A DNA stretch of 64,000 nucleotides, taken from the IMG/VR virus record IMGVR_UViG_3300001765_000030, positions 96,001 through 160,000 of that record, one strand, 5' to 3'. Each line of letters starts with the position of its first letter. Position 1 is the stretch's first letter. The DNA comes from a virus. Below, in pieces: positions 20,418 through 30,569 of this stretch. Below the pieces are notes generated by a model. That model was not told the DNA's origin, ran no database searches, and saw only the letters and a list, made by a program, of their open reading frames with translations. Both the position numbers and the translations under genes were made by a program.

Positions 20418-20993
20418 TTACGCTGCAGCATTGAAATCTTTGATAAGTTCTGGTTTTTCAGGGTGAAACTGTTTAAGTTTGCTAAACCCTTTAAGCCATG
20501 ACTTGTTTGGATCAATCTCTCTATATCTACGTTTAGCAAACAACAATCCAAACTCAGATAATAAAATTACTCCAACAGGAGCCTTTCTATATCTTAAGAG
20601 TTGAGAATATATTTCATTTGCTTCGGAGAATGAGAAATACTTATTGCCGTAAATAGTATCATGTATAAGTGATGCGATTATAGAATAAGGACTAACTCTT
20701 GACAGATTCCCTATATTTACAGGAGTACTTGAACCATCCCATATAGTTCCTTTAAGTATTATAAGTTCATAATGATAACCTTTGTATTCAAAATAAATTC
20801 TGAAATCTTCGGTTAAAACTATGAGATCTACTTTGTTCAATCCTAACTTATTAAGATCCTTATATGGTGGAAGAACTATTCCATCGTTTAAAAACTCTTC
20901 ATATAGTTTTAATCTTGAAATAGTTTCTGCAGGTATGAATTTAAATTCGGGTTCACCACAAACCATAACTTTAAAACGTTTACGAAATTTCAT
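20418..20993 (-). CDS. DUF1353-like protein
   Basis: GTIWDGSSTP...ASLIHDTIY...FSEANEIY matches the DUF1353 pattern TDGASIP...AA.VHD.LY...EAD.IF. Confidence 0.7.
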   Translation of the reverse strand: MKFRKRFKVMVCGEPEFKFIPAETISRLKLYEEFLNDGIVLPPYKDLNKLGLNKVDLIVLTEDFRIYFEYKGYHYELIILKGTIWDGSSTPVNIGNLSRVSPYSIIASLIHDTIYGNKYFSFSEANEIYSQLLRYRKAPVGVILLSEFGLLFAKRRYREIDPNKSWLKGFSKLKQFHPEKPELIKDFNAAA

Positions 20994-21044
20994 TTACCAT
21001 CTCCATTTAATACAAAAAGAAGAGGTAAATTCCTCTTCTTCAAA

Positions 21045-22178
21045 TCAGTTGTCATAGTATGACATTAAACGCTCCCGTTCTGGAAAAGGATAGTTCACAC
21101 CCTCTATTCCAGCATATTTGTGTACCATAATACCATCATCAGCATCCAACTTCTCACCTATAAACTCAGTTACTTCATAACTACTATCTTTAGAAGCTTT
21201 TGACAAATTATCTGATATAGCATTGTTATAATCCTTATAGATTATTCTACATTTGGAACCAGTCAATGATGGAGAATACAGCATATAAATATTACCGTGT
21301 TCTTTCTCAATAGCTCTTCCACGAACTTCCAACATTGTAAGAAATGTTTGAAGCTCTACACCAGCATTAGTCTCTGTCATATACTTCTTATTGATAATAG
21401 AAGCATCTTTGAAATTTAGACCAAGTTGTGAATCATAAACAAACAAACCTCCGTTTACCATTGAATCACATCCGATTGATTGATTTATACGACATATAGA
21501 ATCTGCCGCACTTGATTCAATCTCACCTCTAGGTCCAAACAACGTTTCGTTATCACTGATCATCATTGTATCACGTATAGTCCTGAAAGAATCCGGACTT
21601 TGTTGATAGATTTCAGTTATATCGTCGATGATGTCCATACCTATAAGGTTTATCGAAAAGTCTTCAATAATTGAATTTCCTTCGGGATATTCACCTGTTT
21701 CATAATACTCTTGTTCAAATGTGTAGTACTTCGGATTAGGCATCATTCTAGATTCGACATAGTCGCTTACAGAATAATTCTTAAAACATGTACTATATAC
21801 TTGAGCTGCATCACTTGAATAGGTTTCATTGCTATTGAAGTTTGTCTCTCTGTCCAATCGTTTCGCTGAAAGTACAGTTAGATTACCGTGTTTAAATTGA
21901 TCTACAAGAGTTTTATCAATCGTATTGAGTTTACAATCATAGACATATACTCCAACAAATGACAAATTTCCATTATCTTTACTGATAAATGTATTGTCAA
22001 ACGTTACGGAACTGCCGACCGTTGTTGATATATTTATCTGAATGACTTTACAATTGAATGGTAAAGCGGGGTCATAAAATATATGGATAACTCTTCTACG
22101 ATCAATTATACCAGCTTTATTGATGACAGAATTATCAAACTTCAAATCATCAATAAATTTACCAGTTGCGATATACAT
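21045..22178 (-). CDS. Hypothetical protein, paralog of 22216..23313
   Basis: Shared motifs MYIxTGK, FxCxxxxxNIS, VYxCK, YDSxxG and TFLxxxE. Confidence 0.65.
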   Translation of the reverse strand: MYIATGKFIDDLKFDNSVINKAGIIDRRRVIHIFYDPALPFNCKVIQINISTTVGSSVTFDNTFISKDNGNLSFVGVYVYDCKLNTIDKTLVDQFKHGNLTVLSAKRLDRETNFNSNETYSSDAAQVYSTCFKNYSVSDYVESRMMPNPKYYTFEQEYYETGEYPEGNSIIEDFSINLIGMDIIDDITEIYQQSPDSFRTIRDTMMISDNETLFGPRGEIESSAADSICRINQSIGCDSMVNGGLFVYDSQLGLNFKDASIINKKYMTETNAGVELQTFLTMLEVRGRAIEKEHGNIYMLYSPSLTGSKCRIIYKDYNNAISDNLSKASKDSSYEVTEFIGEKLDADDGIMVHKYAGIEGVNYPFPERERLMSYYDN

Positions 22179-22215
22179 AGTTCTCTCCTACTATTGTTAT
22201 CATTAAATTGTTCTA

Positions 22216-23313
22216 CTACATCCCAATATTGTTGACCCAATGACTAGCATGGTAATGCTGATCATTTCTAAAGTTTCCAATTTCAAAATTGAAATCTTTA
22301 GTTATAAATCCACCATTATGGACATCATACTTCAAAACACTCACTGTGACAGAACTGATTGTCGATTTAACCATTAGTCTAAATCTCCAACCTACACTCT
22401 CTCTAATATATTCCATCGCAGATAGAAATGTAGATAGTTGGTTATCATGTATCTGTTGCATATAGATATTATTTGTTGGGAAAACATGATCAGTTTTATA
22501 CTGAACTCTAGATATCCCGTCAACACTATCGTATACGAAATTTGCAGAATTCACCAATAAACCTAATATGAAATCTGTCACAGGTCCTACGATCAACATT
22601 GAGAGATTATTTAAATCCAAATACTCAATCATCTCGGCAGTAGAGTGTTCAGTCTCAAATACACCATGTGCATAATCTTCATCATAAGCATTATAGTTGC
22701 TGTAGTTAGACGCTTTTGTAACAATGATTGTGGTATATGAATCAATCATATCCCTAAAAGGGACTAATTCCACATACTTTACAGTATCTTTATCTACCTT
22801 AGGGAGATACATCTTACCGATACTATACTCATTTCCAGAGATATCCTCATTAATAACGTGATGAGTTCTGTTATAGAATCTCACGTTTGGTAATGCGCTA
22901 TATCTAGATGGTGATGAAAATAGATCATCATATGAAGTTGAAGTTTCGAGTTCACCAAACTTAGTTTTACGTAAATCATAGTTATGGATACCGTATGAAA
23001 CATCATCAACTGTTATCATTGAATCCAAATTGATAAGTTTCTTTGTTTCTTCCCAAGTATTCGTTTCAGGAAACTTTGAGAATACCATACCTTTGCAATG
23101 ATAAACGTTTGTATTTTGAAGTTTTTGTAGATCCTTCATAAATCCTAACGAATCTCTATCTGTGAAAGATGAGATATTCATGATGGTTATATCACATTCA
23201 AACATCATACTTTGTGGAATCTCGATGAGTATATACCGTTTACAATAATCGACATTTCCACATTCGAGTATATTGCCAGACGAACGATTTGATTTTCCAG
23301 TATTTATATACAT
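22216..23313 (-). CDS. Hypothetical protein, paralog of 21045..22178
   Basis: Start moved to ATG 23313 (GAGGTG RBS), which gives MYINTGK. Confidence 0.65.
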   Translation of the reverse strand: MYINTGKSNRSSGNILECGNVDYCKRYILIEIPQSMMFECDITIMNISSFTDRDSLGFMKDLQKLQNTNVYHCKGMVFSKFPETNTWEETKKLINLDSMITVDDVSYGIHNYDLRKTKFGELETSTSYDDLFSSPSRYSALPNVRFYNRTHHVINEDISGNEYSIGKMYLPKVDKDTVKYVELVPFRDMIDSYTTIIVTKASNYSNYNAYDEDYAHGVFETEHSTAEMIEYLDLNNLSMLIVGPVTDFILGLLVNSANFVYDSVDGISRVQYKTDHVFPTNNIYMQQIHDNQLSTFLSAMEYIRESVGWRFRLMVKSTISSVTVSVLKYDVHNGGFITKDFNFEIGNFRNDQHYHASHWVNNIGM

Positions 23314-23341
23314 TTTATCACCTCTCTTTGATAAAATATAA

Positions 23342-23364
23342 GGAGTGGTCAAATAGACCACTCC
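23342..23364 (-). terminator. Hairpin terminator
   Basis: ggagtggtc-aaata-gaccactcc after the sigma-like gene. Confidence 0.65.
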
Positions 23365-23373
23365 CCTATAATT

Positions 23374-24990
23374 TCACACAATAACTCTGATATAATAATC
23401 AAGGACCGCATTGATAATCTCATCATCAGAATGTTTTATGGTCTCGCCAAAGCGGGGGTCCATAAATCCATTATATTTGAAGAGATTATTTGCCAAGAAT
23501 ACCGCATCATCACGGATAAAATTCTTACTCTCGAGTTTATCTCGAATGTATCGATATTTACCATTGATCAATTCAATATATCTTGGATCTTCGAACAATT
23601 TTCTATCAGAGACTTTTCCACCCCATCTGTTTTGGAATGAGTATCCAATACAATCTGAGGAAGTATAATCTGCAATAATGTTAAGTCCAATACTCCGTAG
23701 ATACTTATCCGTAAGTAAGAGGAGTCTTGAGTAATTATGCCGATTATTATCAAACATATTTTCATATCCTCCATATTCGTTATGGAAGCACTGGAATATG
23801 ATTCGATTTTGATACTCATGAAGATTCATGTTTTCAACAGTAAATCTCCATTCGTCAATTGAACTGATTCCAATATTGTATCGAATTGATATCTTATTAA
23901 TTGTATCATCACAAGTATTTTTGCGAATAACTTTCAATAATTCATCAGGTCTTGCAATACGAGATTCAGCTCGTTCAGCTTCAGTTACAACTGAATCATC
24001 CCCACCACTATGAACGTAGTCATCTGAGAAACCGTTCAATCCCCCATCATATCCATCATTTTCACGAGGTTTATACTGGGAAGACGAACGTTTAACTGTT
24101 TCGGCAATGAATGCAGGAACAGTTCCAGATGGTTCAAGTTTAGTGATAATTGTCGTCAGAATCTTAGAAAAGACATCTTCTACTTCAGAATCTTTTGTTG
24201 TACCACTAATACTCATACGGTCATAGATCTTCTTATTTGATTTGAAAGATCCACTTACGATCATTGTAACGTATCTGTGAAGTTTGTCGATACAATTCAT
24301 TCCTTGAGAAACTACAGATACTCTGTTGAAGAGTTCTTTGTAAAGTTCAAGGAAGAACTCTTTTGGATCTACATCACGAGACATGATATTACAATAATGA
24401 GTACACAGAGGCACAATGAGATTTCCAGCGAATTTCACATGACAAAGTTGTTTAATTTCACTGTCGTAGAATGTTGTATCTTTATCAAACGATTTATTAA
24501 TAACCTCATCCATTTCCATATCATATACGGAATCGACATAGTTTGAGATTATTTTGAGAATGTCATCGTCGAGAATATTCATCAGTTCCGTAATAAATAC
24601 GATGTAATCGGTTCTTGTTAAGTCACCACCATCGTCAAGGTTCATTTTGAGACTGAAATAGTTTAAGATAAACTTCTCAGCAACTTCACCTTTTTTATTG
24701 TAGGATTTCACTCTAAGTTCATCAGTGTTTACATCGATGAGTTTTTCGTTAAAGTGATGATTTAGAACACGGTTATTATCATCTTCGATAGATAATATTG
24801 ACCGATTGAAAGTTCGTTTAGAGCTCAATGACATTTTGAAACTCTCATAAACTTTACCGAAGTTGAAAGTTTTTCCGAATGATGGGATGTTCATCACACT
24901 TTCTTCTTTCACTCCAACGAAAAAGAATTTACCTTTAAAAGGTTTTTTCTTTTTCGCCATTTTGACTTCATCATCTTTTTCCTCAGCCAT
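23374..24990 (-). CDS. Probable non-virion RNAP promoter-specificity subunit (AR9 gp226/phiKZ gp68-like)
   Basis: 538-aa helical protein. LCHVKFAGNLIVPLCTHYC and DKLHRYV recall the gp226/gp68 family; size and early-type promoter fit. Needs HMM confirmation. Confidence 0.55.
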   Translation of the reverse strand: MAEEKDDEVKMAKKKKPFKGKFFFVGVKEESVMNIPSFGKTFNFGKVYESFKMSLSSKRTFNRSILSIEDDNNRVLNHHFNEKLIDVNTDELRVKSYNKKGEVAEKFILNYFSLKMNLDDGGDLTRTDYIVFITELMNILDDDILKIISNYVDSVYDMEMDEVINKSFDKDTTFYDSEIKQLCHVKFAGNLIVPLCTHYCNIMSRDVDPKEFFLELYKELFNRVSVVSQGMNCIDKLHRYVTMIVSGSFKSNKKIYDRMSISGTTKDSEVEDVFSKILTTIITKLEPSGTVPAFIAETVKRSSSQYKPRENDGYDGGLNGFSDDYVHSGGDDSVVTEAERAESRIARPDELLKVIRKNTCDDTINKISIRYNIGISSIDEWRFTVENMNLHEYQNRIIFQCFHNEYGGYENMFDNNRHNYSRLLLLTDKYLRSIGLNIIADYTSSDCIGYSFQNRWGGKVSDRKLFEDPRYIELINGKYRYIRDKLESKNFIRDDAVFLANNLFKYNGFMDPRFGETIKHSDDEIINAVLDYYIRVIV

Positions 24991-25023
24991 TTAAAACCTC
25001 TCGATAAATGGTTATATATTTGC

Positions 25024-25039
25024 TAAAGTTAGATATATA
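25024..25039 (-). promoter_or_regulatory. Early-type promoter motif
   Basis: TATATATCTAACTTTA upstream of the sigma-like gene. Confidence 0.45.
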
Positions 25040-25062
25040 CTCAACGATAGCTTTTGAAAGAT

Positions 25063-25089
25063 AGGATGGTGCAAACGATGCACCATCCT
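25063..25089 (-). terminator. Hairpin terminator
   Basis: aggatggtgca/tgcaccatcct after gyrB. Confidence 0.7.
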
Positions 25090-25095
25090 CTTGGA

Positions 25096-27453
25096 TTAGT
25101 CAGCACTATTATCTATAAACATCTGTTTCTTCTGGTCAGAATTCGTAAACAAATACCGAATCCAATCAGAAGTATGAACAGGGTCTGTAGCTACTAGTTT
25201 TATAAGGCATCTTGTTTTTGGATCCATTGATGTAATCTTAAGCTCCTCAGGAGTATTGGCTCCAAGTCCTTTACTACGTTTTACATCAGAACCAGCTGAA
25301 CTACTGAAGAAACTATTATTCACAAGCTTACCTTGATTATAATAAAACTCACTATATCTCAACTTAGTTCCACGACCAACAAGTCGAATTCTGCAAAGTT
25401 TGATAGTTTCAGTAATGTATTTAACGATTGGAGCTATGATATTAGTCATAAACTCTCTATCGATCTGAATATAATACTGTTCATATCCTCTACCGATATT
25501 CATTTTTCTATTACCATTTTTGAGAACTTCAAATGTTGAGCATACAAAACCATATGTTTCGAGACATTTGGTTTTACCTGCCATAATTTGTTTGAAATTC
25601 ATCGCGATGGCTTCAAGAAGCAATGGATCGATAGATAATCTTTCTGCCATAGGTTCGAGAATCTGTTCAGAGTAGTACGGGAGATTTTTAATATATTCTC
25701 TCGCAACGCCTTTTGGAAGAATTCTTCCATCTTTATCGATGATATCGAAAACTCTAATAGCTTTCTCACTCATGATTTTATACAGTTCTCTTTGAGATGA
25801 TATAAATACATCACCTTGTTTTGTAGAAAGAGTATACAGTGGCGGTTTCGCAATAAATACGTTACCATTTGCAATCAATTCCGGATAGTGAGTGTGGAAG
25901 AATGCCACAAGTAAAGATGAAATATGATACCCGTCAACGTCCGCATCTGTAAGAATAATAATTCTTTTATACCGAAGTTTACGAATATCTTTATCTTTAC
26001 CATATCCTATTCCGAGAATTTCAACAAGAGTAAATAACTCATCCGAAAACTCTTCACTTTTAATAACATTTTTAACTTTACCACGAAGTGCATACACTGC
26101 TTGGAAGTCACGATCACGGGCAGATCTCACTGTACCTGCTGCTGAATCTCCTTCGCAAAGGAATATTTCCCCACGTTCAGGATCAGTTTTGTTACAGTCT
26201 GAGAACTTCTTAACATCGATTTTACGGAAAAGATCTGTACGGCTTGAAGATCCTGCTTTAAGAATGTTATTCTTAATCTTAGACGCTTCATATTTTGCAA
26301 TCGCTAGTTTTGCACAATATTGTCCGATTTTATCAATTGATTCTTTATCAGATTCAATCCAACGCTTGATCTCTTCCTTAATGATAGGAACTACCGTAGG
26401 TCGATATTCAAGAGAAGTAAACTCGGTTTTCTGTTGAGATCTATATTCAGCGTGTTGTTGTTCAGCAATCACGATAAAGAATAAACAATCTGAAATCTCA
26501 TTTCCAGTAATTTTCACTTTACCGAGAAGAGATTTAGGAATGTAATTACATTTATTGAGATGGGATGTTAGAATTCCCATTGCTTCTGACAAAGATTTGA
26601 CGTGTTCTCCACCATCTTTTGTAAAGATACCATTCACATATGAAATGTTTCCGGCACCTTTTTGAGTAAACCCAAACATGATGTTATACCCTACAGTACG
26701 ACGATCATTAATATATGAAATATTACAAGGTTTTCCGATAGGTTTGAGATCACGACGTTTGTGTTCTTTATTGTAATAATCTACAACTCCATTTGGATGA
26801 TAAAAGGTTTCAGCCTTTTCATCATTCCATTTGAAAGTAAGTTTTACTCCAGGAGTTACCATTGATGTAACTTCAATAAAGTTTCGATATTCTGAACGTT
26901 TACTCGAGATATCGATTTCTCTCATAACTTCAATATCAGGGATCCAACTCACTATAGTTCCAGATGGCCCATTATATTTCTCAATGTGAACAGGTTCTAT
27001 TTGGACACCGGCATCAAATTTTGCAGTATGAGATTCGCCATCTCTTTTGGAAGTTGCTACAAAGTTTCTAGATACCGCTGTCACAAGAGTTATTCCTACA
27101 CCATTAACGCCACCAGATATTTGATAACCTGAATTTTCTTGACCGGCAATATCTCCCATTTTACCAGAAGTATTCATTTTCGTAAGAATTCTTACAAGTT
27201 TACCTTGAGGAATTCCGCGCCCTCTGTCTCTAACAGTGAATACTGGACCAAGTGGGTTGATATTTGTATTTATTTCGATGTCGATCGTATCGCCAAAGCC
27301 AACAATAAATTCGTCAATAGAGTTTGCAAAAACCTCTTGTAATAGGTGAAATACACCGTCAAGACCAATCTTACCATTCAGCATTGGACGTTTTCTTAGA
27401 GCTTCTAATTCTGAAAGCTCTACGATATGGTCGTCAGTATAATTTGAACTCAT
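25096..27453 (-). CDS. gyrB: Type IIA topoisomerase B subunit (DNA gyrase B-like)
   Basis: LRKRP, EVFANSIDE, DRGRGIP, GGVNGVG, EGDSA, ALRGK, ILTDADVDGYHI, KPPLY and SKGLG motifs. Start moved to ATG 27453 (AAGGAG RBS). Confidence 0.93.
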   Translation of the reverse strand: MSSNYTDDHIVELSELEALRKRPMLNGKIGLDGVFHLLQEVFANSIDEFIVGFGDTIDIEINTNINPLGPVFTVRDRGRGIPQGKLVRILTKMNTSGKMGDIAGQENSGYQISGGVNGVGITLVTAVSRNFVATSKRDGESHTAKFDAGVQIEPVHIEKYNGPSGTIVSWIPDIEVMREIDISSKRSEYRNFIEVTSMVTPGVKLTFKWNDEKAETFYHPNGVVDYYNKEHKRRDLKPIGKPCNISYINDRRTVGYNIMFGFTQKGAGNISYVNGIFTKDGGEHVKSLSEAMGILTSHLNKCNYIPKSLLGKVKITGNEISDCLFFIVIAEQQHAEYRSQQKTEFTSLEYRPTVVPIIKEEIKRWIESDKESIDKIGQYCAKLAIAKYEASKIKNNILKAGSSSRTDLFRKIDVKKFSDCNKTDPERGEIFLCEGDSAAGTVRSARDRDFQAVYALRGKVKNVIKSEEFSDELFTLVEILGIGYGKDKDIRKLRYKRIIILTDADVDGYHISSLLVAFFHTHYPELIANGNVFIAKPPLYTLSTKQGDVFISSQRELYKIMSEKAIRVFDIIDKDGRILPKGVAREYIKNLPYYSEQILEPMAERLSIDPLLLEAIAMNFKQIMAGKTKCLETYGFVCSTFEVLKNGNRKMNIGRGYEQYYIQIDREFMTNIIAPIVKYITETIKLCRIRLVGRGTKLRYSEFYYNQGKLVNNSFFSSSAGSDVKRSKGLGANTPEELKITSMDPKTRCLIKLVATDPVHTSDWIRYLFTNSDQKKQMFIDNSAD

Positions 27454-27512
27454 TCTACTAAACTCCTTAAGTTTGTTACGTTTCAATGTTTAAGCCATTT
27501 TACATTTATATC

Positions 27513-27528
27513 CATTATCTTATATATA
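27513..27528 (-). promoter_or_regulatory. Early-type promoter motif
   Basis: TATATATAAGATAATG upstream of gyrB. Confidence 0.55.
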
Positions 27529-27556
27529 ATCCAACCGCCATTTCAAGAAATAAAAA

Positions 27557-27586
27557 AAAAGATGAGAGAATTAACTCCCATCTTTT
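27557..27586 (-). terminator. Hairpin terminator
   Basis: Imperfect stem with a long U-tract on the minus strand. Confidence 0.65.
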
Positions 27587-27590
27587 ATAA

Positions 27591-28100
27591 TCATACACTC
27601 CGAAGAACTGTATGGAATTCTCCAAATCTACGATAACGGTATTTCATTTGGTTCAGAGTAATCACAAGTTTGTTCCCAAGAACGTTCAATTCAATTGTAT
27701 CGCCCTCAAGCTTTCCTTCGAAATATTCGCGAGGAAAATACGTATTCATCCGTTTACATGGGAAATCATCCTGCTCATACTGAGCACCATTTCCAGGAAG
27801 AACTTCATCGGGAATGAAATGATCCTGCCAGTTCTCTGAACCAAGACCTGTGATCCAGCATTGGACAACGTCCTCTCCCGCGGAAATTTCGATTCGACCA
27901 TCTTTGTCGAGATCCTTATCATAAACTTTCATATCCCACAAAGGATATTGACGTGTCGGACGGGTTTCATTTTCCGCTCTTATATGACTTTGTACATTAG
28001 GGATGATAAAGATATCAACCCCGGTAATGATTTCATAATTTTTAACATCACCATTTGAATTTGCGGTAGCAGGTTTTGTTGGGTCGTAAGTAAATTCCAT
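27591..28100 (-). CDS. Hypothetical protein
   Basis: Start moved to ATG 28100 (AAGGAG RBS); ends at a hairpin. Confidence 0.7.
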   Translation of the reverse strand: MEFTYDPTKPATANSNGDVKNYEIITGVDIFIIPNVQSHIRAENETRPTRQYPLWDMKVYDKDLDKDGRIEISAGEDVVQCWITGLGSENWQDHFIPDEVLPGNGAQYEQDDFPCKRMNTYFPREYFEGKLEGDTIELNVLGNKLVITLNQMKYRYRRFGEFHTVLRSV

Positions 28101-28129
28101 AATAAGCTCCTTATTTTGTTTTATAATAT

Positions 28130-28155
28130 AGGTGTAAAACATTCGATTTACACCT
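28130..28155 (-). terminator. Hairpin
   Basis: aggtgtaaa/tttacacct between 28173..28442 and 27591..28100. Confidence 0.5.
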
Positions 28156-28172
28156 ACGTGAATTGGTACTGG

Positions 28173-28442
28173 TTATGCACAATATCTTGTAAATTTAACA
28201 CTTGATGTTGAAATTGAAATATTAGCAATTGTTTTAATATACAATATTTTCATCGCATCGACAATTTCATTCGACTTTGCGACTGATACAATTAGAAGCA
28301 TTGATTCTTTTGAGAGTTTATCCTCATACGTGTGAGCACCTTCATAATCATTTCTAAATGCACAATGCTTCACATTATTGTATAAGCCGCTCAGAATATC
28401 AATCTGATCATTGACCTCATCGACAGTTATAGATTTTTCCAT
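28173..28442 (-). CDS. Small hypothetical protein
   Basis: Start moved to ATG 28442 (AAGGAG RBS), which removes the overlap with the upstream gene. Confidence 0.65.
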   Translation of the reverse strand: MEKSITVDEVNDQIDILSGLYNNVKHCAFRNDYEGAHTYEDKLSKESMLLIVSVAKSNEIVDAMKILYIKTIANISISTSSVKFTRYCA

Positions 28443-28452
28443 AATAAACTCC

Positions 28453-29541
28453 TTAAATGTATTTTGAAACGGTTCCAGCAGATGCGAAGATATACCCGTT
28501 ATAAGGCTTAACATCATCTTCACGGATACGTCTGTAAACTGTAGACTTGTCAAAATCAGCAGTATCTAAAACAGCCACTCTCATAGCTTCTCTAAGAGAT
28601 GGTTCATTCGCAATTACAACCGCACCTTCTCTTGTTACTTCGAGAATCACAACCCAATCTTCAAGTTTTGCGATTGATTTCACAACAAGTCCGACTTTAA
28701 GTTTATTCTTAATAATCTCGGGTTCCGGAGAATACAATCCTGAGAAATCAAAATCAATTGGCACATCTTTAGATTTCGGACCAGCAATGAATGCTCCCGG
28801 AAATTTATCAATTTGTCGATTCTTTTCTTCAGGTGTAAGTGTTGAAAGCCCGTATTGTTTTTTACTTTGATCTATATGATCACCAATACGTAATCGTTCA
28901 GAATCGTCAATAATACGATTTTTCTTCTTAGTTGTCAAAGTTTTAATAATATCTTTTGGTTCAACTTTGAACATCTCCTCAAGAGTTGCAACGTTCATAG
29001 ATTCATTAAGTTTCACCTTTTTGAAACTCATCCAAACGGTATCATGACCTGTTCTTGATACATTCAACTGAGTGTCTATACAGTTCAAAATCTTTGTAAC
29101 AGGAATCTTTGTCACCTTAGATGCTTCAAAGATATTTGGAAATGAAGCTTTTGATACAGGGTTTATGCACCCATCTTTGTATGTAATAACTTCAATTCGA
29201 TCCATTTGTTCGATCGAAATTCCTTCTGTAAGAGTTTCTTCATCTCCGAAATGCATCGGAATGTTAAACCGTTTGAAGTAATCTCTCAAGTCTCCAGCTT
29301 CTGCATCAAACATTATGCACATATCTGAGAAGCTCATTTTAAGAGCATATGCATCTCTTACGTCTGCGTAAAACTTTGATCTTCCTCCCGAATAGTATCT
29401 TAACTCAATGCCTACAACTTTTTCAACAATTTCTTTCGAAGTTTTAAGTTGTACACAAACCTGTTTAACGGATTTCCCAGATTTTAAAAGATCTAGAATA
29501 ATCCCTTTGTCATTCTCGGTAACATTAGCTATACGACCCAT
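28453..29541 (-). CDS. Multi-HTH / NUMOD1-like DNA-binding protein
   Basis: N-terminal HTH (GKSVKQVCVQLKTSKEIV) plus two NUMOD1/IENR1-like segments (FPNIFEASKVTKIPVTKILNC; PSLREAMR...STVYRRIR...PYNGYIF). Start moved to ATG 29541. Confidence 0.55.
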   Translation of the reverse strand: MGRIANVTENDKGIILDLLKSGKSVKQVCVQLKTSKEIVEKVVGIELRYYSGGRSKFYADVRDAYALKMSFSDMCIMFDAEAGDLRDYFKRFNIPMHFGDEETLTEGISIEQMDRIEVITYKDGCINPVSKASFPNIFEASKVTKIPVTKILNCIDTQLNVSRTGHDTVWMSFKKVKLNESMNVATLEEMFKVEPKDIIKTLTTKKKNRIIDDSERLRIGDHIDQSKKQYGLSTLTPEEKNRQIDKFPGAFIAGPKSKDVPIDFDFSGLYSPEPEIIKNKLKVGLVVKSIAKLEDWVVILEVTREGAVVIANEPSLREAMRVAVLDTADFDKSTVYRRIREDDVKPYNGYIFASAGTVSKYI

Positions 29542-29602
29542 ACACGCCTCCACGTTATTTGTTTATTTGTAGAACCATAGAAAAACTTACTATATCTCTA
29601 CT

Positions 29603-29618
29603 CATAATTAAATATATA
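29603..29618 (-). promoter_or_regulatory. Early-type promoter motif
   Basis: TATATATTTAATTATG, identical to the copies at 30914 and 31931. Confidence 0.65.
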
Positions 29619-29642
29619 CTCAAAAATAAAATTGAAAAATCG

Positions 29643-29668
29643 ATAGTAGGGGATCTCTCCCCTACTAT
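29643..29668 (-). terminator. GGGGA/TCCCC-family hairpin
   Basis: atagtaggggatctctcccctactat after GH19. Confidence 0.75.
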
Positions 29669-29673
29669 ATAAT

Positions 29674-30309
29674 TTACGCAAGATTCTTTTTTACGATCGG
29701 GAGCAACTTTGTATAATTGGCAATACGCTTTTCAAGACCGTGATATCCGCCATTTATCGCTTTAGTCTGACCTTTGATGTCATTCTTATCAATATACGAA
29801 TTACAATTTCCACGTTCATTCCAGAACCAAATAGCTGACCGGAAGATACCTTCAAGAGTCTCACAATATACTGTAGTTTCATCGAGAGTTTTACCCAAAG
29901 ATTTTGCAAGAGCAGTATAGTTAGATTTACCAGTTATTTGAATTGCTCCACGACCACGGAACTTCCACCCGTCACCAGATGCTTCATTTCCATTACCAAG
30001 ATTAGCACGCCCATATACTTTGTTCGCAATAGCCTGAGAATTGCGAGCATATTTAACCGCTTGTTCGGGAGTAAAATATTTTGGAAATATTTCAAGAAGA
30101 CGCGGTGCAGAATAGTTAAGATTTTCAACATATCTTGTAAAGTTACCGGATTCAACAGCAGTTTGCGCAATAAATGATGCAGCACGTTCAGGAGTATCAA
30201 TACCATTTGCGATCAAAAGACTGTTGAATTGAGCTGTAGTATCGATTGGATCTTTACATGCCTTGAACAATGATTTGAATTGTTCAACAGTAATTACTTG
30301 TTTTGACAT
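29674..30309 (-). CDS. Glycoside hydrolase family 19 endolysin/muramidase
   Basis: FIAQTAVESGNF, ENLNYSA, GDGWKFRGRGAIQITGKSNY and TKAINGGYHGLEKR are classic phage GH19 motifs. Confidence 0.92.
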   Translation of the reverse strand: MSKQVITVEQFKSLFKACKDPIDTTAQFNSLLIANGIDTPERAASFIAQTAVESGNFTRYVENLNYSAPRLLEIFPKYFTPEQAVKYARNSQAIANKVYGRANLGNGNEASGDGWKFRGRGAIQITGKSNYTALAKSLGKTLDETTVYCETLEGIFRSAIWFWNERGNCNSYIDKNDIKGQTKAINGGYHGLEKRIANYTKLLPIVKKNLA

Positions 30310-30335
30310 AATATCCTTCTTTCTAAGAAAAAAAA

Positions 30336-30569
30336 TTAAAGTTTGAAAATAGAGAGTTCGCCATTTAGGACTTTGAATCTATTACCGAAAGTTATAAAAT
30401 AACTTCCGGGATTAAGATTTGGTTCGAGCTCTCTGATTTTTCGAATTAAAACTGCGAGGAGCCCATCGTTATTCTCAACGATAGGCTCATATGAAACTTC
30501 TTTATTTGGATGTCCATTCTCTAGAACAAAGAATTTGTCACCCTCAAGCTTGATAATTTCCTGTTTCAT
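30336..30569 (-). CDS. Small hypothetical protein
   Basis: ORF overlaps the upstream gene end; start uncertain (GTG 30581 or ATG 30569). Confidence 0.55.
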   Translation of the reverse strand: MKQEIIKLEGDKFFVLENGHPNKEVSYEPIVENNDGLLAVLIRKIRELEPNLNPGSYFITFGNRFKVLNGELSIFKL

